The notes beneath the pieces were generated by a model, which was not told the DNA's origin, did not search any database, and was given only the letters and a program-made list of their open reading frames with translations. The position numbers and the translations under genes were made by a program. Source: an uncultured Eubacteriales bacterium (GTDB lineage: Bacteria > Bacillota > Clostridia > Christensenellales > Aristaeellaceae). From it: a stretch of 39,513 nt of DNA. The DNA is taken from assembly GCA_902796115.1 (NCBI GenBank), contig CADBNX010000217.1, positions 1 to 39,513 on the forward strand, in the 5' to 3' direction. Positions within the stretch are counted from its first letter, which is position 1. Each line of letters opens with the position of its first letter. Shown here piece after piece: positions 33,764 to 39,513 of this stretch.

Positions 33764-34213
33764 CTAAAACTGTTTCCGTGAGTCGATCAGAATGGTCACC
33801 GGCCCGTCGTTGACAAGGCTGACTTCCATATGGGTCCTGAATACGCCGGTCTGAACCGGCAGCCCGTTTTCCCGGATCAGTTCGCAGGTTTGCCGATAGA
33901 GAGCGTCCGCCCTTTCCGGCTCCTCCGCCTGAAAGAAACTGGGCCGGTTCTGCCCGCGCGTGTCGCCGAGCAGGGTGAACTGGCTCACGCACAGCACCTG
34001 TCCGCCGACGGCCGAACAGTTCAGGTTCATTTTTCCCTCGCCGTCCTCGAAAACGCGCAGTTTGCAGATCTTCGAGGCGAGATACGCCGCGTCCTTCTCC
34101 GTATCACCTTTTTCCACTCCCAGCAGCACCAGAAGGCCGCTGCCGATCCTCCCGCTCTCTTCACCTTCCGAAAGGACGGAGGCGCGGGATACGCGCTGAA
34201 CGACTGCTCTCAT
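33764..34213 (-). CDS. dtd: D-aminoacyl-tRNA deacylase
   Basis: MRAVVQRVS..., LVLLGV, VSQFTL, and NDGPVT. Confidence 0.93.
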   Translation of the reverse strand: MRAVVQRVSRASVLSEGEESGRIGSGLLVLLGVEKGDTEKDAAYLASKICKLRVFEDGEGKMNLNCSAVGGQVLCVSQFTLLGDTRGQNRPSFFQAEEPERADALYRQTCELIRENGLPVQTGVFRTHMEVSLVNDGPVTILIDSRKQF

Positions 34214-34220
34214 GGCTTCC

Positions 34221-35291
34221 TCACAGATTCTCTTCGAGTTTTTTCAGTTTCATTTCCTGTTCCTGCAGGAAAAGCGCGTCGATGATTTCATCCAGGTCTC
34301 CGTCCAGCACGGCTTCCAACCTGTAAAGGGTCAGATTGGCCCGGTGATCGGTTACGCGGCCCTGCGGGAAATTGTAGGTGCGGATGCGTTCGTTGCGTTC
34401 TCCGCTGCCGACCTGCGCGCGCCGGTTTTCAGCGTAGGCTTCCTCGCTCTGGGTGCGGTACAGATCATAGAGGCGGCTGCGCAGCACCTTGAAGGCTTTT
34501 TCTTTATTCTTCAGCTGGCTCTTTTCATCCTGGCAGGTCACGACGAGGCCGGTGGGAAGATGCGTGAGGCGTACCGCGGAATCCGTGCGGTTGATGTACT
34601 GCCCTCCGTGTCCGGAAGCGCGGTAGGTATCGATGCGCACGTCATCCGGACGGATCTCCACTTCCACGTCCTCCGCCTCGGGAAGTACGGCTACCGTGGC
34701 GGTGGAGGTGTGAATGCGTCCGCCGGCTTCCGTGACGGGCACGCGCTGGATGCGGTGCACGCCGCTTTCAAACTTCAGCCTGGAATAGGCGCCGGATCCG
34801 GAAAGCGTCACGGTGGCTTCCTTGACGCCGCCCAGCTCCGTATCCGTGACGCTGACCGGTTCAAACCGCATGCGGTGGCGCTCCGCGTAGCGCTGGTACA
34901 TGCGCAGCAGCAGCGCGGCGAAAAGCGCGGCTTCGTCGCCGCCCGCGCCCGGACGGATCTCGATGATGACATTCCGGTTGTCGTTGGGATCGACCGGGAT
35001 CAGCATGATTTTGATTTCCTGGGTCAGATCGCGGATGCGCTGACGGACTTCCTTCAGTTCCGCTTCCGCGGCGTCGGCCATCTCCGGATCGGAGAGCATC
35101 TCTTCGGCATCCCGCTCTTCGCCGCGCAGCTTTTTCAGCTCACGCCATTTTGAGACGGGGCCTTCCAGCTCATTCATCTCGCGCAGGATCTCCTGATAGC
35201 GTTTGATATCCTGCGTCACATCGCTTTGTTCGGAGGCAACGGAAAGCTCTTCGTATCTGGCTTCCATCGCTTCCAGCTGATTGTCAATCAT
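34221..35291 (-). CDS. prfA: peptide chain release factor 1
   Basis: The GGQ motif (SGHGGQYINRTDSAVR) and the PVT tripeptide (RF1-type, not SPF). 356 aa, uninterrupted. Confidence 0.95.
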   Translation of the reverse strand: MIDNQLEAMEARYEELSVASEQSDVTQDIKRYQEILREMNELEGPVSKWRELKKLRGEERDAEEMLSDPEMADAAEAELKEVRQRIRDLTQEIKIMLIPVDPNDNRNVIIEIRPGAGGDEAALFAALLLRMYQRYAERHRMRFEPVSVTDTELGGVKEATVTLSGSGAYSRLKFESGVHRIQRVPVTEAGGRIHTSTATVAVLPEAEDVEVEIRPDDVRIDTYRASGHGGQYINRTDSAVRLTHLPTGLVVTCQDEKSQLKNKEKAFKVLRSRLYDLYRTQSEEAYAENRRAQVGSGERNERIRTYNFPQGRVTDHRANLTLYRLEAVLDGDLDEIIDALFLQEQEMKLKKLEENL

Positions 35292-36124
35292 TCCAGATAG
35301 CCCTTTCCCCGGACGCCGCGCGGCTGCCCGGAAAGATCGCGAAAACAGACGGTTTGCGAAAAATACGGCGAGAACATCGCGGCGACCCGGTCGGTCTGGT
35401 CATCGCCGCATTCCAGCACCAGCGCGCCGCCGGGAAGCAGCCTTTCCCGCAGACCGGATGCGATTCTCCTGTAAAAGTCCAGCCCGTCCTCTCCGCCGTC
35501 CAGCGCCCGGCGCGGCTCAAAACGGACTTCCGGCTGCAGCAGGGGAAGCTCGCGGGCCGGAATATACGGAGGATTTGAAACGATGAGCCCGAATCTGCCC
35601 AGCGGGAGCGATTCGAAAAGATCGCTCTGAAAAAAGCGGACCCGCACGGCGTGCTTCCGGGCGTTCTGCCGGGCCACCTCAAGGGCTTCTGCGCTGATAT
35701 CGACCGCGGTCACCTGCGCTTTCCCGATCGCGGCAAGCACGATCGCGATCGCACCGGATCCGGTGCCCAGGTCAAGCACACTTTGCCCGGGAAGCCCGGG
35801 AAGCAGGCCGAGCGCCTGTTCGCAGACGGATTCGGTATCCGCGCGCGGGATCAGCACCGATGGAGTGACATCAAAACAAAGCCCGAAAAAATCGGTGGTT
35901 CCTTCAATATACTGAAGCGGTTCTCTGGCGGCGCGTCTTTGAAACAGGGCGGCACGGCGCGCAGCGTCCCCCTCCGGTACGGTATCCTGCCGCCTGATGA
36001 GCAGCTGCATCCGGGAAAGGCCCAGCGCATGGGCAGTGAGCGCTTCCGCGTCGTGCCTTGCGCTGTCGATCCCGGCCTCAGCCAGCCGGGCCGTGCCGGA
36101 GAGGATCAGATCATGAACGGTCAT
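35288..36124 (-). CDS. prmC: release-factor glutamine N5-methyltransferase
   Basis: DLGTGSGAIAI SAM motif and NPPY (IVSNPPYIP). ATGA overlaps link it to both neighbours. Confidence 0.9.
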   Translation of the reverse strand: MTVHDLILSGTARLAEAGIDSARHDAEALTAHALGLSRMQLLIRRQDTVPEGDAARRAALFQRRAAREPLQYIEGTTDFFGLCFDVTPSVLIPRADTESVCEQALGLLPGLPGQSVLDLGTGSGAIAIVLAAIGKAQVTAVDISAEALEVARQNARKHAVRVRFFQSDLFESLPLGRFGLIVSNPPYIPARELPLLQPEVRFEPRRALDGGEDGLDFYRRIASGLRERLLPGGALVLECGDDQTDRVAAMFSPYFSQTVCFRDLSGQPRGVRGKGYLE

Positions 36125-37158
36125 GCTTCGGACGCGATCTTTTCTTTTGCTTGCTCACGGGTCAGGATCACCCAGCCTTCCGGCGTTTTTTCGCCTTCGG
36201 GGAGCGAGGTGAGGGCGGTTTTCATTGAGATGATCGCAACCTCCAGCATATCGTCGGTCGGCGGCTGCGTGGTGATGCGCTGCATCTGCAGGCCGGGCCA
36301 GCGGAGAACGCGGGAGAGCGGGGTTTCGGAATGGGCCAGACCCTTGAGCACTTCGTAACTGATGCCGGCGATGCAGGGCAGCAGGACGAGCCTGGACAGG
36401 ACGCGCACCAGATAATGCGCGCCCAGATCATAGCCTGTAATGATCCGGATCAGGATATCGATGACGGAATAGAACAGAATGGACAGGAAAAACGTGATGA
36501 AAAGGAAGGATGTGCCGCAGCGGGGGTGCAGACGGGAAAAACGCTGCGCGTTTTCGGGTGTGAGCGGCTGGGAAGCCTCGTGGCAGTAGACGGTTTTATG
36601 TTCGGAACCGTGATACTGGAACGTGCGGTGCATGTTGGGGATCTTGCCGGCAAAATAGATATAACCGACGAGGATCAGGATGCGGATGATGCCGGAAAGC
36701 AGGTTTTTGAGCAGAAGCGTACCGTTTCCGCCTTCGGGAATGAGCTTGATGATGAGGTTGGGCAGCAGGATGAACAGGCCGACGCTGAGTGCCACGGCCA
36801 GGATCATGGCAACGCCCATGACGATTTTATCAACGGATTTGCCGAGCGTTTTGCTGAGCCATTTTTCAAATCTGGTCGGCTCTTCCGCCGGCGTGCCGAG
36901 CATGTTCGCTGCATCGCTGAGCGCGTGCATGCCCAGGGCCATCATATGAACCATGTTCACGCTGCCGCGAATGAAGGGCTTTCCCATCCACGCGTGCTTT
37001 TTTGCGGGAGAGACGTATTCCTCCCGTTTCACCGCGATATCCCCGTTTTCACGCCGTACCGCAATCGCGATGGCGTCGGGGGATTTCATCATAACGCCTT
37101 CGATGACCGCCTGCCCGCCGATGTCCGGACGTGTGCAGGCATTTTCTGCTTTGCTCAT
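36121..37158 (-). CDS. DUF1385 (YqhQ-like) membrane protein
   Basis: IGGQAVIEGVMMKS N-terminus, several TM helices, and YHGSEHK. Start is at ATG 37158 after AAGGAG. The track start at 37281 crosses the rpmE terminator. Confidence 0.8.
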   Translation of the reverse strand: MSKAENACTRPDIGGQAVIEGVMMKSPDAIAIAVRRENGDIAVKREEYVSPAKKHAWMGKPFIRGSVNMVHMMALGMHALSDAANMLGTPAEEPTRFEKWLSKTLGKSVDKIVMGVAMILAVALSVGLFILLPNLIIKLIPEGGNGTLLLKNLLSGIIRILILVGYIYFAGKIPNMHRTFQYHGSEHKTVYCHEASQPLTPENAQRFSRLHPRCGTSFLFITFFLSILFYSVIDILIRIITGYDLGAHYLVRVLSRLVLLPCIAGISYEVLKGLAHSETPLSRVLRWPGLQMQRITTQPPTDDMLEVAIISMKTALTSLPEGEKTPEGWVILTREQAKEKIASEA

Positions 37159-37188
37159 AAATGCTCCTTTGCGAATGAAGATTGTCTG

Positions 37189-37224
37189 AAAAAGCAAAAA
37201 GCAGCATGGCCCGCATGCTGCTTT
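37189..37224 (-). terminator. intrinsic terminator after rpmE
   Basis: Minus strand: GCAGCAUG-cgggc-CAUGCUGC followed by UUUUUGCUUUUU. Confidence 0.75.
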
Positions 37225-37231
37225 CGGGATC

Positions 37232-37429
37232 CTACATGCCGAAACGTTTCTTGAAACGATCGACACGTCCGCCGCTGTCAACCATCTTCTGCTTTCCGGT
37301 GTAGAAAGGATGGCACTTGGAACAGATTTCCACTTTCAGCTCCGGTTTGATGGAACCGGTTTCGAAGGTTTCGCCGCATACGCAGCGAACGATCGCTTTT
37401 CCGTACTTCGGATGGATTTTTTCCTTCAT
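37232..37429 (-). CDS. rpmE: 50S ribosomal protein L31 (zinc-binding type A)
   Basis: MKEKIHPKY...CVCGETF...[13 protein letters not shown]...[10 protein letters not shown]. Start is at the internal ATG 37429. Confidence 0.93.
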   Translation of the reverse strand: MKEKIHPKYGKAIVRCVCGETFETGSIKPELKVEICSKCHPFYTGKQKMVDSGGRVDRFKKRFGM

Positions 37430-37657
37430 GATTTCGGATTCCTTTCTGGCTTTGATCACGGATTCATAAATGCCTTTTTATGAGCCGTGCAGCGTCAAAC
37501 CTGCGTTGCGAATGAGCTGCAATGGTTATAATAGCATAAGAAAAACGGAAAAGCAAGCAAAATTGCAAGTTTTTCCCGGGATAAAGGAATGAATTCTCCG
37601 CGTGTCGAAATAAGCTTTACGCCTTTCGGGGCGAATGATTCGAAAAGAGGCGGAACC

Positions 37658-38440
37658 ATGGATACGTACGCACATAAAACGAGGATCGCGGCGCATCGCG
37701 GATACAGCGCGCTGTATCCGGAAAATACGATGGCGGCTTACCGCGCGGCGGTGAAGCTGCCGATCGATCAGATCGAAATCGATCTGCACATGACAAAAGA
37801 CGGACGGATCATCATGATGCACGATCATAAGGTGGACAGGACCTGCGACGGGGAAGGCCTGGTGCGGGAAAAAACTTACGCGGAGATCCGCGCCCTGGAT
37901 GCGGGCACGAAGAAAGGCGCGCAGTTCGCGGGGGAGAAGGTGCCGGCCTTCGAGGAATTCCTGGAATTGATGCAGCAGTATCCGGAAATGACGGTGAATG
38001 TGGAGCTGAAGGATTACCCCGAGGACGACCGCGAATGGGCCTTCCGGTCGGCGGAAGAATCGCTGAAGCTGCTTGAAAAGTATGACATGTTTTCCAGGAT
38101 CTGGATCAATTCCTGGAGCGCAACCATGCTGGACTGGGTGGATCAAAGGACGGGGCACGCGCTGCGGCTGCACGGGTATTGGCCCTTCTCCTGCTTCAAG
38201 CCGGGCTGGGAGCGCGATCCTTTTTCCTATCTGCACTGCGCGTGCCTGTGGGGCAAGGACACGGAACTGAAGAAAGAAGACGCGGATACGCTCGCGGCGC
38301 ACGGTGTTGAACCCTGGGTATTCGCACACAGGGACGAAGACGCGAGCTACCGGCATTTTGACAGGATCGGGGCCATGCTGATCACGACCAACGACCCGGA
38401 AAAGTGCGTGCTCTGGCAGCAGAAAAACGGTCTGCGCTGA
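37658..38440 (+). CDS. glycerophosphodiester phosphodiesterase family protein
   Basis: IAAHRGYSALYPENT and IEIDLHMTKDGRIIMMHD motifs (HRG...E.D.H). Start is at ATG 37658 (MDTYAHK). Confidence 0.8.
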   Translation: MDTYAHKTRIAAHRGYSALYPENTMAAYRAAVKLPIDQIEIDLHMTKDGRIIMMHDHKVDRTCDGEGLVREKTYAEIRALDAGTKKGAQFAGEKVPAFEEFLELMQQYPEMTVNVELKDYPEDDREWAFRSAEESLKLLEKYDMFSRIWINSWSATMLDWVDQRTGHALRLHGYWPFSCFKPGWERDPFSYLHCACLWGKDTELKKEDADTLAAHGVEPWVFAHRDEDASYRHFDRIGAMLITTNDPEKCVLWQQKNGLR

Positions 38441-38479
38441 GCGGGGCCTTCCGCGTATCGTTCGGCTGTCCGGAAGGGA

Positions 38480-39232
38480 TCAGCGGATTTCCAGCACCAC
38501 CGGGCAGTGATCGCTGCCCATGATTTCCGCATCGATCCTCGCGTCGAGGATACGGCCGCGCAGCCTGTCGCTGCAGAGAAAATAATCGATGCGCCATCCG
38601 GCGTTATGCTCTCTGGCGCGGAACATATAGCTCCACCAGGAGTACGCGTCCTTCCGGGCCGGATAGAGATAGCGGAATGTGTCCGTAAAGCCCGCGTCCA
38701 GCAGCCTGCTGAAGGCATTGCGCTCTTCGGGGGTATAACCGGCGTTCCCTTCGTTTGATTTCGCGTTTTTCAGATCGATCGGCTGATGGGCAACGTTCAT
38801 GTCGCCGCAGACGATCACGGGCTTTTTAACGTCCAGGGATTTCAGATAACGCAGGAAATCTTCCTCCCACCGCACGCGGTAGGAGAGGCGTGTCAGTTCG
38901 CGCTGGGCGTTCGGCGTGTACACGGTACAGAGGTAAAAATCCGGATACTCCAGCGTGATCAGCCGCCCTTCATGATCGTGTTCGTCGATGTTCATGCCAT
39001 AGGCGCAGCTGAGCGGCTCTTCACGCGCAAAGACCGCTGTGCCGGAATAGCCTTTTTTTTCAGCGGAGTTCATATAGCAGTGATACCCGTCGATCGGCAG
39101 CTCGGCCTGGCCGGGCTGCATTTTTGTTTCCTGAATGCAGAAGACATCCGCCTGTTCGCGGTTGAAATAGTCAAGGAACCCTTTGCCGAGACAGGCGCGC
39201 AGGCCGTTTACGTTCCAGGAGATCAGTTTCAT
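38480..39232 (-). CDS. xth: exodeoxyribonuclease III
   Basis: MKLISWNVNGLRA, FCIQETK, GDMNVAH, and SDHCPV. Start is at ATG 39232 after GGAAAGGAG. Confidence 0.92.
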   Translation of the reverse strand: MKLISWNVNGLRACLGKGFLDYFNREQADVFCIQETKMQPGQAELPIDGYHCYMNSAEKKGYSGTAVFAREEPLSCAYGMNIDEHDHEGRLITLEYPDFYLCTVYTPNAQRELTRLSYRVRWEEDFLRYLKSLDVKKPVIVCGDMNVAHQPIDLKNAKSNEGNAGYTPEERNAFSRLLDAGFTDTFRYLYPARKDAYSWWSYMFRAREHNAGWRIDYFLCSDRLRGRILDARIDAEIMGSDHCPVVLEIR

Positions 39233-39266
39233 GCTGCCGCTCCTTTCCTGAAGAGAGAATATCCTA

Positions 39267-39295
39267 ATCATATAGAAAGCCCGCCGCGATGTCAA
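39267..39295 (-). promoter_or_regulatory. candidate sigma-A promoter for xth (TTGACA-17-TATGAT)
   Basis: Minus strand: TTGACA (39295-39290), 17-nt spacer, TATGAT (39272-39267), about 35 nt upstream of the xth ATG. Confidence 0.6.
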
Positions 39296-39382
39296 GGGAG
39301 TCAAAAACGGAAAAACCGTTTCTTTGATCGGAACAGGGGCGGAACTTTCCTTCCGCTGTATGGAAGGCAGGCGCTTTGCTTG

Positions 39383-39411
39383 TTGACAGAAAAAGGCGGA
39401 AACGCTATAAT
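39383..39411 (+). promoter_or_regulatory. consensus sigma-A promoter for tRNA-Leu (TTGACA-17-TATAAT)
   Basis: TTGACA (39383-39388), 17-nt spacer, TATAAT (39406-39411). The tRNA 5' end lies 11 nt downstream. Confidence 0.7.
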
Positions 39412-39421
39412 AGCCGTGTTC

Positions 39422-39509
39422 GCCGGTGTGATGGAATTGGCAGACGTGACGGACTCAAAATCCGTTGGACTAACACTCCGTGTCGGTTCGAGTCCGACCA
39501 CCGGCACCA
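39422..39509 (+). tRNA. tRNA-Leu (anticodon CAA), CCA encoded
   Basis: Acceptor stem GCCGGTG/CACCGGC. Anticodon arm ACGGA-CTCAAAA-TCCGT. Long variable arm. T-arm GGTTCGAGTCC. 3' ACCA. Confidence 0.9.
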
Positions 39510-39513
39510 CAGA

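Noticed and set aside
34221-35291. A programmed +1 frameshift of the kind seen in release-factor genes.
   Set aside because: That feature belongs to prfB (RF2). This gene has the RF1 PVT motif and an uninterrupted 356-aa frame.
37460-37657. Divergent promoter calls between rpmE and the GDPD gene: plus strand TTGCGA-15-TATAAT near 37505-37531, and minus strand TTGCTT-17-TATTAT.
   Set aside because: The spacing and -35 quality are suboptimal, and several alternatives score similarly by eye. I cannot support either without transcription start site data.
39303-39325. An AAACGG-aaaaa-CCGTTT hairpin between the xth promoter and the tRNA promoter.
   Set aside because: The stem is short and AT-rich, and no upstream gene on either strand needs terminating here. 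It may be fortuitous.
1-39513. A search for CRISPR arrays, IS elements or transposases, integrases, prophage genes, toxin-antitoxin pairs and rRNA.
   Set aside because: I found no direct-repeat/spacer periodicity, no DDE, serine or tyrosine recombinase motifs, and no rRNA-like segments on either strand.

Overview
This is a GC-rich window that looks like a Firmicutes/Clostridia chromosome. The taxon call is an inference from a T-box leader, rqcP/yabO, the DUF1385-prmC-prfA and yceD-rpmF synteny, and sigma-A type promoters. About 60% of the window is tightly packed housekeeping genes, mostly on the minus strand:

- rmuC (truncated at the window edge and missing from the ORF track), tdk, recR, ybaB, an XRE/S24-like gene, plsC and cmk.
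- dxs, tlyA, mnmG, yceD, rpmF, a Val T-box, valS, rsmH and rqcP.
- rpmE, DUF1385, prmC, prfA, dtd, an MBL hydrolase and hemZ.
- A GDPD gene, xth and tRNA-Leu(CAA).

Two accessory islands stand out.

1. **Plus-strand operon, 5794-15788.** It is translationally coupled and sits divergent from a sugar-binding-domain/LuxR hybrid regulator. It encodes an MBL hydrolase, an SDR, an IlvD/Edd-family dehydratase, a NadB/FrdA-like flavoprotein, FdrA, a 59-aa ORF, DUF1116 (YlbE), a divergent acetate-kinase-family protein and DUF2877 (YlbF). In E. coli the FdrA/YlbE/YlbF trio is oxamate carbamoyltransferase (AllFGH) and is paired with a carbamate kinase. Here an unrelated ASKHA acetate-kinase homologue sits inside the trio, and the neighbours are sugar-acid-type enzymes rather than ureide enzymes. 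I read this as an uncharacterised acyl-phosphate-forming, ATP-yielding catabolic module. This is my top candidate for an undescribed system. Several of its enzymes differ from characterised relatives at hallmark motifs (alignments by eye). Its intergenic spacers carry unusual perfect palindromes.
2. **Minus-strand trio, 15804-20103.** It encodes a secreted PIG-L deacetylase with an N-terminal beta-sandwich, a xylose-isomerase-like TIM barrel, and a two-TM membrane-anchored AraC one-component regulator.

I saw no CRISPR array, IS element, integrase or rRNA. The many long ORFs antisense to real genes are GC-driven shadow ORFs.
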